Source: a virus (taxonomy: Duplodnaviria > Caudoviricetes). From it: a DNA stretch of 42,043 nucleotides. This document shows positions 32,832-42,043 of this stretch, piece after piece (positions within the stretch are counted from its first letter, which is position 1; every line of letters starts with the position of its first letter). The notes under the pieces are model-generated. The model worked only from the letters and a program-made list of their open reading frames with translations. It had not been told where the DNA came from and searched no databases. Where the stretch lies: positions 1-42,043 of the IMG/VR virus record IMGVR_UViG_3300025572_000014. One strand, given 5' to 3'. The position numbers were made by a program, and so were the translations under genes.

Positions 32832-33192
32832 GGTTCGGTTCCTCCCAATGACCATGTTCCTTCATAATCTCAATGACTTGATCAGCATACGGCTCATCCC
32901 TATTAATGACGAGGTAAGTGTTATTATATTTCCTTCCTTCTTCTTGACGGCGTACTGCAATATCTCGAACGATTTCAACTAAATTGGCTATTTGCGTATC
33001 TGTCAGGTATCGAAGGTCGTCATTTTTGATAACGGTATATTTATTCATGGTTCTGTTCCTCCAGTCCGGCCAATTTAATGTTGTACCATTCGAGAAATAT
33101 ACAGTTACTTTCGTAATGCATTTTGGACATAATACCGTTGGAACACTCGTCGTTTGATATTTTTCGCCGCATTTCCAACAGATTGATGTCAC
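32821..33192 (-). CDS. Hypothetical protein (Zn-finger N-terminus; possible second start at 33048)
   Basis: AAAGGAGAGG RBS; internal GGAGG before MNKYTVIK. Confidence 0.6.
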   Translation of the reverse strand: MTSICWKCGEKYQTTSVPTVLCPKCITKVTVYFSNGTTLNWPDWRNRTMNKYTVIKNDDLRYLTDTQIANLVEIVRDIAVRRQEEGRKYNNTYLVINRDEPYADQVIEIMKEHGHWEEPNHDT

Positions 33193-33221
33193 GCCGTTTC
33201 CTCTCCTTTCAGCAGTTCGGT

Positions 33222-33713
33222 TTAAGGTTTAATACTGATCTCGCATCCGCAACATGGGCATTCAATCCGTTCCACTTTCGCCGCATTGGCATTTACCGGA
33301 GGCAACGCATCGGTGCAAGGTTCGCAAAACCATCTGTTGGCGGTACTGAGATACTTGCCTTCGCGGGTGCCGCAAATCACACAGGTTTTGTCTTGTTTCG
33401 GTTCGGTTGTGGTGGAGAGGGCTTCACGGGCAACTTTATTCATTTCTTGACATGCAGTTAATTCGTGCAAGTTCGGATCGTCAAAGATTTTCGTTATCTT
33501 CTCCAACGCCGCCCGCAGACGCTGGACTTCGGTGTTGTCAGCATCGAATGCGCCGGATTGGATAGCGTGCTCAAGATTCTGCAACGCACGTATTGCCCCG
33601 CCGTGAAACTCCTTCATGTGCCTTGTCATTACTGCATCCTGTTGCCGCTCTGTTATGCCAATTTCGCGTCGAATGTGTTCCAACACCGCTTTCTTGCTCA
33701 GGTATTCACTCAT
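33222..33713 (-). CDS. Mosaic hypothetical protein with Zn fingers
   Basis: AAAGGAG RBS; three Cys pairs. Confidence 0.65.
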   Translation of the reverse strand: MSEYLSKKAVLEHIRREIGITERQQDAVMTRHMKEFHGGAIRALQNLEHAIQSGAFDADNTEVQRLRAALEKITKIFDDPNLHELTACQEMNKVAREALSTTTEPKQDKTCVICGTREGKYLSTANRWFCEPCTDALPPVNANAAKVERIECPCCGCEISIKP

Positions 33714-33728
33714 TGGCGTTCGCTCCTT

Positions 33729-34013
33729 TCACCTTACGTTTATCGCCCAAACTGTAATCGCGCCTCGTCCGGGCTTACCGAACGTGTAGCAGCCTTTGTC
33801 ACCGTCATAATCGCAATCTTCAGGCGGAACAGGATACCATCGGACATATTTCTCGCGGATATTTTCCGGTTTAACTTTATCTGCAAAATCGTACCCATCG
33901 CTTTCAAATTGCGCGGTTTCCAAAAATTCCTCTTTCGTGTACTTCGATTTCGGCGCAACGATGTCGGTCACATAACAACCGTCGTGGAAAAACATGAAGT
34001 CAAATTTGCTCAC
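33729..34013 (-). CDS. Hypothetical protein
   Basis: AAAGGAG RBS, GTG start. Confidence 0.65.
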   Translation of the reverse strand: MSKFDFMFFHDGCYVTDIVAPKSKYTKEEFLETAQFESDGYDFADKVKPENIREKYVRWYPVPPEDCDYDGDKGCYTFGKPGRGAITVWAINVR

Positions 34014-34028
34014 TTTTGTTCGCTCCTT

Positions 34029-34208
34029 TCACATCTCACATTTCCCTGTAGGACAGTCGTTCCCGTAGGCAGCGGATTCGTCGGATATGTTCAGCAGTCG
34101 CTTCAAATCTTCTTTTCTGCAACGCTCGCATGCCAAGATTTTCTTTGCATAGTGGTTGGTTGGCATTTCCGTCAATTCGCCGCCGCAACGTGGGCAATAT
34201 TCGATCAT
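34029..34208 (-). CDS. Small Zn-ribbon protein (MIEYCPRCGG...)
   Basis: GAGGGAGGGG RBS; CPRC...CERC. Confidence 0.6.
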   Translation of the reverse strand: MIEYCPRCGGELTEMPTNHYAKKILACERCRKEDLKRLLNISDESAAYGNDCPTGKCEM

Positions 34209-34222
34209 CCCTTTCCCCTCCC

Positions 34223-34465
34223 TCAAAACAACGTCAATTGCTCCTGCTCCGGCACATACGGTTTCGCGCGCTTGTCGAATTGCTCCGCTATCCAACGCCC
34301 GCAGTAATCGTCCGCGCGGAAAAAGACGATCTCGTATTTGCCGACGATGTGCCGGGCGACCTCGCGGACGGGTTTTCCGTCCAGCATGTGCGTCCAGTCG
34401 CCGGGCGGCTGCGCGAGGATTGCGCTTGCCATACACGCGGCTTCTTCGTAGGTGATGGTGCGCAT
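34223..34465 (-). CDS. Hypothetical protein
   Basis: Adjacent to the upstream stop; EQLTLF C-terminus is a clamp-binding-like motif. Confidence 0.6.
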   Translation of the reverse strand: MRTITYEEAACMASAILAQPPGDWTHMLDGKPVREVARHIVGKYEIVFFRADDYCGRWIAEQFDKRAKPYVPEQEQLTLF

Positions 34466-34840
34466 CTATACCATCACTGGATCCGGCACCGGAATTTTCT
34501 CGTAAATCGGACGCCATAAGTGCAGACAGTACGGATGGTTATTCACGTAATCCTTCTTCGCCGGATGCAGTTGCATCACAACTTCATCGTCGTGGAAGAA
34601 AATCTCTTTAATGGCCTGCATCTCTTCCCATCGCGGGCAGCGCTCCGCCGTGCTGACGCTGACATGTTCCCATCCGCCACCGTTGGAGACGATGACCGCA
34701 AACTCCAGTCGGCTCGTCGGCAGTTTGATCTTGAATGCGCCGTTATAGTCGTCGCCCCAACCGGCGAATGGATGCTCCACGCGCTGGATGGAGACGGCGG
34801 GCGACGTGTTCAGTTTGTTGAGGTTGCGCACGTCTTTCAC
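34466..34840 (-). CDS. Conserved phage protein
   Basis: GWEHVSVS...RCP.WEEM..IK..FF...QLHP...YVNNHPYCLHLW motif seen widely in phages. Confidence 0.75.
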   Translation of the reverse strand: MKDVRNLNKLNTSPAVSIQRVEHPFAGWGDDYNGAFKIKLPTSRLEFAVIVSNGGGWEHVSVSTAERCPRWEEMQAIKEIFFHDDEVVMQLHPAKKDYVNNHPYCLHLWRPIYEKIPVPDPVMV

Positions 34841-34844
34841 CCCC

Positions 34845-35663
34845 TCAAAACAACTTCATCTGCCCGCATTGCATCGCTTCGGCTGCGACCGGATTAATCC
34901 AGAGGACTTCCGTCCGAATCTGTCCTGCTTCGGCCAGCGCTTGCTTTTCCTCGCGGTGCCAATGTTTGAGCCGTTCATCATATAGCGGATTCGCGTATCC
35001 GCTTAGAAGCACCGGTCCTGTATGGGCGTCCAATACGTCGAGCAGTTCTGCGTGGTCTTCGTCCGTCATCTCGTGCTTGTACATGCGGCCGGACCGTGTT
35101 TCAAGCGGATAAGGCGGGTCCGCATAGATCAGCACATCATCTCGCCGGTATCTCCGAATCAGCTCAAGTGCGGGCTGATGCTCGATTTGGACCAATTTCA
35201 AACGTTCTGCGATCATTCCAATCCTCTCAGGCACTTCGTTCCACGCCTTCACCACGCTAGGCCCACTGTGGTCGATGATGTGCCGCCATCCCGTGCGGTC
35301 GCTAGTCTTTGCCCCGCGTGCCATCCAGCACCGCACCAGGAACCGACGCGCACGCTCGAGCTCGTCCGTTACGTCCATGTCGTAGGAGTCGTAGTATTCC
35401 TGTCTGCTGTACGGCGTACAATAGACCAAGCGTGCCAGTTCGTCTGGGCGGTCACGGATCACGCGAAACAGGTTCACCACGTCGCCGTCGATGTCGTTGA
35501 TCGTCTCCAGCGGGCTTGGAGGCTTGTTGAAAAACACCGCCCCGCTGCCGAAAAACGGTTCCAGGTACGTCTGATGCGGCGGCATGTGGTCGATGATCCA
35601 TTCGGCCAGCGACCATTTGCTTCCGGGATAGTGCAGTATGCGGGGAACGCCCATGCCTTTCAC
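34845..35663 (-). CDS. DNA adenine methyltransferase (Dam/D12 class)
   Basis: YPGSKW, YLEPFFGSGAV, ETINDID and YADPPY motifs. Confidence 0.92.
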   Translation of the reverse strand: MKGMGVPRILHYPGSKWSLAEWIIDHMPPHQTYLEPFFGSGAVFFNKPPSPLETINDIDGDVVNLFRVIRDRPDELARLVYCTPYSRQEYYDSYDMDVTDELERARRFLVRCWMARGAKTSDRTGWRHIIDHSGPSVVKAWNEVPERIGMIAERLKLVQIEHQPALELIRRYRRDDVLIYADPPYPLETRSGRMYKHEMTDEDHAELLDVLDAHTGPVLLSGYANPLYDERLKHWHREEKQALAEAGQIRTEVLWINPVAAEAMQCGQMKLF

Positions 35664-35905
35664 CCCTCCCCCGTCACATCCACCGTAACTTCTTCAATCC
35701 CGTCCCATAATTCGCGTATCTCTTGCGCTTTCGCCACCACGGCGGCCTTCTGCTTCGGTTGCAGTACAATGTCCATCGCTTCGCCATAGTGCTTTTCAGC
35801 CAACCGATACGCCCGCGTGTGAAACTCATTCATCACGGCCCAAAACTCGCGGTATCCGAGCTTCTTCATCCGCTGGTAGAACGCACGTTTTTCTTCCCGG
35901 CTCAT
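35660..35905 (-). CDS. Hypothetical protein
   Basis: GGGAGGG RBS, ATG 35905. Confidence 0.6.
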   Translation of the reverse strand: MSREEKRAFYQRMKKLGYREFWAVMNEFHTRAYRLAEKHYGEAMDIVLQPKQKAAVVAKAQEIRELWDGIEEVTVDVTGEG

Positions 35906-36212
35906 CCGTGCCGTCCCTCCCAATCAATCGCAGAAACGTCTCCAGCGACATCGCCACCAGCCACGGCTTTCTGTCAGCCCGGAACGCCACCACATCCGGC
36001 TTTTCCCTCTCATCCTCCAGCCAGCCGTATAACGTCGAAAATCCGCTTCTGCGCCGCTTTACCTCCGCCCGAATAGTCCCTATAGGGGTAGGCACCAAAA
36101 CGTCGTTCTCGAAGCCATTCTGTGCGCCAGAGAGGGGGATGCGGCGGCCGCCCACCAGTTCCGCGAACTCCCGCTCGCCGCGAAGTCCCTTGTCACGGCT
36201 TTTCTTTCCCAC
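35826..36212 (-). CDS. PD-(D/E)XK Holliday junction resolvase-like nuclease
   Basis: SRDKGLRGERE...SGA...D...EVKRR motif. Confidence 0.8.
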   Translation of the reverse strand: MGKKSRDKGLRGEREFAELVGGRRIPLSGAQNGFENDVLVPTPIGTIRAEVKRRRSGFSTLYGWLEDEREKPDVVAFRADRKPWLVAMSLETFLRLIGRDGTDEPGRKTCVLPADEEARIPRVLGRDE

Positions 36213-36435
36213 GCTTCACACTCTCCAATTCCGACCGGAGCCTTGCGATCTCCCGCGCCACGATGCTGGCGATGATTGCGGCGCCTTCTAGTGCTTGCCG
36301 CAGCTCAGTGTTTTCTGCTTTTAGTCGCTCAATTATTCGCTCAAGCTGTTTCTTCGTCTCGTCACATTTCTGCTCCAATGACGTGATGTACTGTTCTTCG
36401 GGGTACGAGCGGTATTTGACCGTCTGCTCGCTCAT
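36193..36435 (-). CDS. Coiled-coil hypothetical protein
   Basis: AAGGGGG RBS. Confidence 0.55.
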   Translation of the reverse strand: MSEQTVKYRSYPEEQYITSLEQKCDETKKQLERIIERLKAENTELRQALEGAAIIASIVAREIARLRSELESVKRGKEKP

Positions 36436-36453
36436 CGTCTGTTGCCCCCTTGA

Positions 36454-36657
36454 TCATTGATTGCCGCATTCCTCGCGGATAATCTGCTTTAGTTTAGCTA
36501 GTGCATATGCTTCAACGATTTCGCTGCGCTGGAATCGCATCATCTGCTCCTGCGCCTGCCGGAATCGATAATCGAGGCGCCGCACATCCTCGCGGATCAG
36601 ATGCTCCCATGAATCCCATTCCTCGACCATTTCGCGATGACGTTGGTCAATTTTCAC
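36454..36657 (-). CDS. Hypothetical protein
   Basis: GGAGGGG RBS; overlaps the loader stop. Confidence 0.55.
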   Translation of the reverse strand: MKIDQRHREMVEEWDSWEHLIREDVRRLDYRFRQAQEQMMRFQRSEIVEAYALAKLKQIIREECGNQ

Positions 36658-37498
36658 GGACGCCCCTCCGCTCCAATGCCCTTTGCATACGGTAGCTGGC
36701 GGCTTTGTTCTCCACGATTACGCTGACTTCCAGGATGCGGTCATGGATTCGCTTTGCCGCGATTTCATGTTCCGCCGAGGACTTGTCCGGCATGAAGCGA
36801 TACAATAGCTCTGTCGGCGAAAAATTCGTGGTGAACATCGTCGGCTTCTTCTGCCGGTATCGCCCGTCGATGATGCGGAACAGCACATCCAGCGTCCAGT
36901 CGCTGACTTTCTCGGCGCCCAAATCGTCCAACACAAGCAAATCACAATGTTGCAATGCGTCCATGATCTCTCGCTCGTGCTCTTTTGAGTTCTGGCGGAA
37001 GGTGGAACGAATACGCTCAAGCAGCTCAGTCATCGTCTGGAAAACCACCGTTTTCCCGCGCTCTTTGAGTCGATGGCAGATTGCTGCGGCCAGGTGGCTT
37101 TTCCCGTTCCCCGGAACTCCCCAAATCAGCAGCGAATCGCCGCCGTACAGTTCAAATCGCTCGGCGTAGTCTTCCGCAAACCGAAACGCCTTTTCCGAAC
37201 CGGGGCGCATCGTAAACGTTTCGAACCGGCAATCCTCGAAACGTTCGCCGAGCGAGGAGATCGAAAATTTTCGCTCGACCTCCGCCTTTTTGTGTCGCTC
37301 CAGCGCCTCATGAACCTCTCGCTCCCACGCCTCAACCTCGCACCGACAAACGGGCTGAACGATCTTCTCAACGCCCAAGATGACGAGTCTCTTTTTCGGC
37401 ACGATCTGCTTGCAATAGGGGCAAACATGCCCCCCCTCAATGTGAGAGGATGTCGTATTCTCCAAGGCTTCGCGCAGGGCTTGCCCAAGGCTTTGCAC
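36647..37498 (-). CDS. DnaC/IstB-like AAA+ helicase loader
   Basis: CPYC...CRC, GVPGNGKSHL Walker A, LLVLDDLGAE Walker B, FTTN, RIHDRI. Confidence 0.92.
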   Translation of the reverse strand: MQSLGQALREALENTTSSHIEGGHVCPYCKQIVPKKRLVILGVEKIVQPVCRCEVEAWEREVHEALERHKKAEVERKFSISSLGERFEDCRFETFTMRPGSEKAFRFAEDYAERFELYGGDSLLIWGVPGNGKSHLAAAICHRLKERGKTVVFQTMTELLERIRSTFRQNSKEHEREIMDALQHCDLLVLDDLGAEKVSDWTLDVLFRIIDGRYRQKKPTMFTTNFSPTELLYRFMPDKSSAEHEIAAKRIHDRILEVSVIVENKAASYRMQRALERRGVREN

Positions 37499-38168
37499 GG
37501 TCCTCCACCGCCTTTCTACCAGCGTTTAGATAGCTTTCGAACTTTGTTCCAAAGAGCGTTTCAGGGCGAAGGTATTGTGACATCTTCGGGTCGTTGCCCC
37601 ACTCTTCCGTCTTGTTATCTATGACGCGTTTGAAGTCATCAATCCGGAACCCTTCGCGCCAACGGGCCCTGATGAGTGATTGCGTCGCCTTAGTCGTCGG
37701 TCTGAACGATGAACCGGTTCGCTCGTTCAGGTACGCGACGATTTCGGCATATGGTATATTTTCTTGTTTAGTTTCGTTTAGTTTAGTTTTATTAATGTGC
37801 TCGTTTTGTGCCTCGTTTTGTGTATCGCCTTGTGTATCGTTCTGTGTATCGTTTCGTGTATCGTTCTGTGTATCGTTTTGAACCAACGAAATGATTCTGT
37901 ATTTCCCGGCTTGGTTTACCCTCTCCGATTTCTTGTAATCAATAAGCCCCTTCATCTTAAGGAATGACCGCCAGCGATCCAGTTTAACTCTGGACAATCC
38001 GGCCTTGGCCTGAAGCGTTGTGTTGGCTACGGTGAATTCCTCCGGCCAGCCCGCCTTGTTGCATATGGCAATCAACGCATGCCATAGTGCAATGGCGTCG
38101 CTTGGGCAAGGATTCGACTCAAGCCAATCGTAGAACGCATTCAACTCCTTAAGATAATTCATTGGCAT
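37437..38168 (-). CDS. Replication initiator (DnaD-like N-terminus, conserved phage C-terminal domain)
   Basis: MNYLKELNAFYDW...ALWHAL; IPYAEIVAYLN...YLRPETLFGTKFESYLN; internal iterons. Confidence 0.88.
   Translation of the reverse strand: MPMNYLKELNAFYDWLESNPCPSDAIALWHALIAICNKAGWPEEFTVANTTLQAKAGLSRVKLDRWRSFLKMKGLIDYKKSERVNQAGKYRIISLVQNDTQNDTRNDTQNDTQGDTQNEAQNEHINKTKLNETKQENIPYAEIVAYLNERTGSSFRPTTKATQSLIRARWREGFRIDDFKRVIDNKTEEWGNDPKMSQYLRPETLFGTKFESYLNAGRKAVEDRAKPWASPARSLGEYDILSH
37798..37881. repeat. Replication origin: ~7 tandem 12-bp iterons inside the initiator gene, next to an A-rich tract
   Basis: Encodes QNDT-QNDT-RNDT-QNDT-QGDT-QNEA-QNEH (TGTGTATCGTT-type units), lambda-O-like arrangement. 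Confidence 0.8.
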
Positions 38169-38617
38169 CACGGCCTTTTTGCGTATTGAATAATTGTGTC
38201 GGTCAGGAAATCCTTTTTGCCTTGGTTGCAATCGCGGCAAGCTGTCACAAGGTTTTCGGGAATATCCTTGCCGCCCATCGCTTTTGGGATAATGTGATCT
38301 ACTTCGAGCTTAACCCCGTCGTCTTTCGGATTCCTGCCGCAATAAACGCATGTGAATCTGTCTCTTTCCAAAATCCGAAACCTCAAAGAAAGCCTGCTAT
38401 TATCCTTGGGTTGGGAATCTTCCTCGTTCTTGATGGCTTCCAAACAAGGTTTGCAGTAAACGTGGAAGCCATATTTGAGTTCAAACCAGTAAACACCCTT
38501 TTCAGCAGAACACCTGGAGCACGTCACCCCTTCATCCGCTCGGTTCAACGTTTCCCTGACTTCCTTTTTGCTGGCCGACCTCAACCATTCTTTCAGCTCT
38601 CTTTTGGCTCTCCACAT
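38168..38617 (-). CDS. HNH endonuclease
   Basis: ILERDRFTCVYCG...LEVDHIIP..GG....NLVTACRDCNQGK. Confidence 0.9.
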   Translation of the reverse strand: MWRAKRELKEWLRSASKKEVRETLNRADEGVTCSRCSAEKGVYWFELKYGFHVYCKPCLEAIKNEEDSQPKDNSRLSLRFRILERDRFTCVYCGRNPKDDGVKLEVDHIIPKAMGGKDIPENLVTACRDCNQGKKDFLTDTIIQYAKRP

Positions 38618-38955
38618 TTTCCGCTCCTAAACTCATTCCTTTTTTGCAACAACCATTCGCGCCCCTCACGCGTATGATCCGCCCAATAATGGCAGGTTCG
38701 GGAATCGGTGGGAGGGCCGCACAGGATCACAATATCGTGTTCTATCACGCCTCCCTGACCGAACTTCCACCGACGTTCAACATGCGCTGCGTCGAGCGTC
38801 CACACTTGCCCAGGTCCCCTTCCGCACCGTTCGCAGCGACCGCCGGACCGTTCCCAAGCCCGTTGGTACACTTCCTTTGTCACCGCCCCGCGCTGCTTTG
38901 CGGTCTTTTTCAATCGCTTATGCTTCGGTTTTGGGACTGGTCGGTATTCGAACAT
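38593..38955 (-). CDS. HNH-like (NinG-like) nuclease
   Basis: ERSGGRCERCG...AAH...LC...CH. Confidence 0.7.
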   Translation of the reverse strand: MFEYRPVPKPKHKRLKKTAKQRGAVTKEVYQRAWERSGGRCERCGRGPGQVWTLDAAHVERRWKFGQGGVIEHDIVILCGPPTDSRTCHYWADHTREGREWLLQKRNEFRSGKCGEPKES

Positions 38956-39340
38956 CCCCGATCACATCCGCCGCAAAGTCAATTCGCATTTTGAGTTTCA
39001 GCGCGTGGATCTCTTCGGTGAGGCTGTCCAACGCGTTCCTCCATCTGCGCGAATCCTCGTAGGCTTGTGCCTCTTTCTCTCGCAGTTCTACCACAGCCAG
39101 TTCCGCGTAAGCCTCTTTGTTGCGCGGCGCTTCGATGTAGGCTTTTGCGTACTCTCGTTTCCGTTCGGCGTAGATGCGTTTGTATTCACCGTCAAGGTAA
39201 CTGGACAACCTTCCGACGTAGACCATGCACCTTGCCAGCAATTCAATCTTTCGCATCAGCGCCGCCGGATTGTCGTTCGGGAGACTGTCCGCCTCCCGGC
39301 GCAACCGCATAATTTCGCGTGTGTGTTGCTCGATATTCAT
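38918..39340 (-). CDS. Helical hypothetical protein of the recombination module
   Basis: Coupled to the ssb stop. Confidence 0.65.
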   Translation of the reverse strand: MNIEQHTREIMRLRREADSLPNDNPAALMRKIELLARCMVYVGRLSSYLDGEYKRIYAERKREYAKAYIEAPRNKEAYAELAVVELREKEAQAYEDSRRWRNALDSLTEEIHALKLKMRIDFAADVIGDVRIPTSPKTEA

Positions 39341-39720
39341 CAGAACGGCACATCCTCGAACGGGTCAGTCGGCGGCAATGTGGATTCCTCTGTTTTCCGA
39401 TGACTTTCGGAGCGTTCCATGAACCGCACGGTATCCGCCACAACTTCCGTCACGTTCACCTTGCGCCCCTCGTTATTCTCGTACTGCCGCGTCTGGATGC
39501 GTCCCTGAACTGCCACCAAACGCCCCTTACCCAAGTAATTCGCGCAGTTTTCGGCCAATTGCCGCCATGTTACGATGGGAATAAAGTCCGTTTCTTTCTT
39601 TCCGCCGTTTTGGAACGGGCGATCAACCGCCAGCGTGAAGGTTGTTACGGCCACGCCGTTAGGCGTGTACCTCATATCAGGATCACGTACCAGTCGCCCG
39701 ATCAGCACCACGTTGTTCAT
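39340..39720 (-). CDS. ssb: Single-stranded DNA-binding protein
   Basis: MNNVVLIGRLVRDP...ETDFI...KGRLVAVQGRIQTR, acidic DVPF tail. Confidence 0.95.
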   Translation of the reverse strand: MNNVVLIGRLVRDPDMRYTPNGVAVTTFTLAVDRPFQNGGKKETDFIPIVTWRQLAENCANYLGKGRLVAVQGRIQTRQYENNEGRKVNVTEVVADTVRFMERSESHRKTEESTLPPTDPFEDVPF

Positions 39721-40345
39721 TCCGTCTCGCTCCCCTCGTTTTTTCTAACAACGCCTTGGCGAGTATTTCCTCCATCTGGCGGTATGTCATTCCCTTTTCC
39801 TTCTGCCGAGCCACCCACTCTTCGAAGCCTTCCATGCTCCCTTTTCCGATTTCGTATTTCGCTTTGAGCGTGGCGGGCGGTTCGGACGGTTCATCACCCT
39901 CCTGCGATGCGTTCCGTCTGTCCACGCCGCTGTCGGACTCGGGATCGTCGCCGGTCGGGATCATGAACGCCTTCATCAGCGCGTACTTTTGCGCCCCAGT
40001 AATGGCTTTGTATGTCCCCTTATCACCGGCGTCTTGCCCCTCGCCGTAGGTCATAAACGTGATCGTCTCGCCGCTGTCGCCGTCGTAGAAGGTGAACTCC
40101 ACCCCGACAGTGACGATGTACTCCGTCTTCCCCTTCGCATTAACGTGCTCGCGGACCGAATGGCTTTTTACGTTCGGGATCATGACGACGTTCAGTTCTG
40201 CCAGCACTTCCCGGACGTGTTCGTTTACGTCGGCTTCCGTGGCGTAGGCGTAGCGGTGGAAGTCGTTGAAACCAGCCTTCCTGATGTACTTGACTCGCTT
40301 CATGACTTCCGCCAGTTTTGAGACGAGCGTCCTTTTCTCGCTCAT
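39683..40345 (-). CDS. ERF-family single-strand annealing protein
   Basis: KAGFN.FH.Y.YA...GEGQDAGDKG.YKAITGAQKYALMKAF.IPTGDDPE. Confidence 0.9.
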   Translation of the reverse strand: MSEKRTLVSKLAEVMKRVKYIRKAGFNDFHRYAYATEADVNEHVREVLAELNVVMIPNVKSHSVREHVNAKGKTEYIVTVGVEFTFYDGDSGETITFMTYGEGQDAGDKGTYKAITGAQKYALMKAFMIPTGDDPESDSGVDRRNASQEGDEPSEPPATLKAKYEIGKGSMEGFEEWVARQKEKGMTYRQMEEILAKALLEKTRGARRNEQRGADRATGT

Positions 40346-40887
40346 AAGTCAATCTCCACCTTTTCGGGTTGTTCCTCGATCACGACGCCTTCAATGATTG
40401 CGCCAGATTCGAGGTCAACCAGTTTTCCGTTGATGTACTGCATACCCTCGGCTTTTTTGATCGCCGCTTTATCCGGTTCTTCTTTCACGCGGATAAAATG
40501 AGTAAGTCCTTGGCTTTTCAGGCTCTCCAGCAGTTTTGCGTCGTCGTAAATCCATTTCGGCGGTTGTTTCCGCAGGCGGACGACACCATACGGCGTGGAA
40601 GTTCGTTTCCAGTTCGGATCGGCGGCACGCTGGCGTTGTGCGTAGTCGTGCAGAAGGTTGCCGAAGAATTCAGCGTTGTTTTGGAGCTTTTTCAGTTCAC
40701 GATCCTTCCACGATTGGATGCGGTCGATTTCTGCTTGCGCAAGTTCTTCGACTTCCTTCCGCTTCGCCTCAATAGCGGTAAGTTTGCGTAGCGCCCAGTT
40801 CACCTGATCGATCGTCTCGATGCGGAAGCGTTCGCGCTCCTGTTCGGACGGAAGTTCGTCCAATTCGTGTTCGATGAGTGCGTTCAC
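40342..40887 (-). CDS. Mu Gam-like host-nuclease inhibitor
   Basis: F.I......NWALRKL coiled coil, TPYG...RK, IRVKEEPDKAAIKK. Confidence 0.8.
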   Translation of the reverse strand: MNALIEHELDELPSEQERERFRIETIDQVNWALRKLTAIEAKRKEVEELAQAEIDRIQSWKDRELKKLQNNAEFFGNLLHDYAQRQRAADPNWKRTSTPYGVVRLRKQPPKWIYDDAKLLESLKSQGLTHFIRVKEEPDKAAIKKAEGMQYINGKLVDLESGAIIEGVVIEEQPEKVEIDL

Positions 40888-40933
40888 GCTTGTTTCCTCC
40901 TTCCATCAAACTCTTCCACAATCACTTTCCGCT

Positions 40934-41158
40934 TCACGTGACCTCTTCCCGCGTTCCCGCCAGCACCTTCCGTGCATCCAACGCCCGTACAAAACATCTC
41001 TCCGAGGCGTACAGGTCGCCTGTGAGCGTGCATTCGATGACGACATCCCATTCGTAGATGGGTTCACGGCACCCGCAGGCGCAGTAGCCGACGAATCTGT
41101 TGGGCTTGTCCTGCGGATCGGGGAGGCCGTCATCAAATCGGACCAATGATGGATCCAT
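40934..41158 (-). CDS. Small Cys-rich hypothetical protein
   Basis: AAGGAGG RBS; LPDPQ...CACGC..PIY. Confidence 0.6.
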   Translation of the reverse strand: MDPSLVRFDDGLPDPQDKPNRFVGYCACGCREPIYEWDVVIECTLTGDLYASERCFVRALDARKVLAGTREEVT

Positions 41159-41220
41159 TTTCAGATCCTCCTTGCCCCTCCCTGGTAACTCCATGAATGC
41201 TAATTGATGAGGCCGATGCC

Positions 41221-41481
41221 CTATACAGTTACCTCTTCAATCGAGCGTTCCAGCTCGTGCCGATAGATCAAATCCTGGTCAGGCGTTTCGTGGCACCTGA
41301 TGCTGTCCAGGTACCGCTGTATGGCGTAGCCGATCTCGGCGAGCTGCTCGTCGTCGAGCAGCAGTTCCACATCATGCTGGTGTGTTTTGATCCGCAAGGT
41401 TACCGGCGTATAAGCCATCCTCGGCTTTACAGCCGCCGTGATCAATTTTCCCGTCATGTCCACCGTGACCGTCATGGACAT
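41221..41481 (-). CDS. Hypothetical protein
   Basis: GGGAGG RBS upstream. Confidence 0.6.
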   Translation of the reverse strand: MSMTVTVDMTGKLITAAVKPRMAYTPVTLRIKTHQHDVELLLDDEQLAEIGYAIQRYLDSIRCHETPDQDLIYRHELERSIEEVTV

Positions 41482-41555
41482 TCACATCTCGCCTCCCGTG
41501 TGCTATACTGGAAGAAACTGAATATTAAAAAAATCGAATAACAACCGAATACCTA

Positions 41556-41729
41556 TCAGAAGCGCTCCGCTACCTCGGAGCGTTTCTCCATTTTTGCTAC
41601 CAATTCAACCGCGTCTTCGAGCACTTTCCGCTCACACACCGGGCCGAAGCCTTTCCGGCGGCTCTTCGGTGTCCGCAGCTTCCGCTGGCATCTACCGCAA
41701 TGCGTTTTCTCTTGAGTTGCCTCCTTCAC
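41556..41729 (-). CDS. Small Zn-finger protein (DUF6011-like)
   Basis: CGRCQRKLRTPKS...GFGPVC motif; GAAAGGTG RBS. Confidence 0.65.
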   Translation of the reverse strand: MKEATQEKTHCGRCQRKLRTPKSRRKGFGPVCERKVLEDAVELVAKMEKRSEVAERF

Positions 41730-42043
41730 GTGATCGCCACCTTTCCAACCATTCCGCAATCCCGGCGATCAGCGCGCCGCCGCCGAGCATGATGCAGACC
41801 GCCAAGAGCATCCACCCGATCATCCAGCCAGATATGGATGCCACGAGCCATCATCCACCTTTCGGACGAACTCCTCGAACGTCAGGCCGTACCTTCTTGT
41901 CGAATCCGATGCGACCTCCGACCTCGCTCAGCCGCCACAGATCAAATTTCGTGGCGGCGTACGGGATCGTCACCACCGCCGAAGTCTTCGCCACCGATCA
42001 CTCCTCCTCGTAGCACATATAGCATTGGTCTGTCCCCGCTACT

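Larger units (their letters stand above)
1..42043. mobile_element. Temperate podovirus-like phage genome (nearly complete, possibly the excised/circular form)
   Basis: Replication, packaging, head, short-tail, lysis and integration modules in order; no host housekeeping gene recognised. Confidence 0.9.

Noticed and set aside
37669-37676. CTGATGAG as another hammerhead core
   Set aside because: No stem II/GAAA/stem III arrangement follows, and it lies antisense within the initiator gene.
37798-37881. CRISPR or VNTR
   Set aside because: In-frame 12-bp units without spacers inside the initiator gene are better explained as origin iterons.
41730-42043. Small genes at the right edge
   Set aside because: Several short competing frames; I could not choose one with confidence.

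Overview
The window is a nearly complete ~42 kb temperate phage of a Bacillota host, probably Paenibacillaceae or a related thermophile (inferred from the SLH-bearing endolysin, sigA promoters and a Cheo/SOS box). Most genes lie on the minus strand and read right to left: recombination and replication (Gam, ERF, SSB, HNH, initiator with iterons, DnaC-like loader, resolvase, Dam methylase), an Xpf-like late activator, packaging (terS, an inserted RepL-like gene with 22-bp iterons, terL), a podovirus-type head and tail with no tape measure, ejection proteins, lysis genes and a large serine integrase. An attP-like palindrome and the immunity-region end lie at the far left. The main finding is a ~5 kb plus-strand operon (26197-31149) beside terS, driven by a near-perfect sigA promoter. 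Four predicted self-cleaving ribozymes of two classes (two type I hammerheads, two twister-sister) sit at its gene boundaries. Two of them embed the upstream stop codon in the catalytic core, and three release a 3' product that can refold into a 5'-end hairpin. The cargo looks anti-defence-like (RadC/JAB and small unknown proteins). A second unusual element is a ~390-nt non-coding transcript (2908-3295) with its own promoter and terminator. It begins with a tRNA-shaped domain carrying a 134-nt insert in place of the anticodon arm and ends with a 20-nt repeat. All calls come from reading the sequence by eye; no database searches or folding programs were run.
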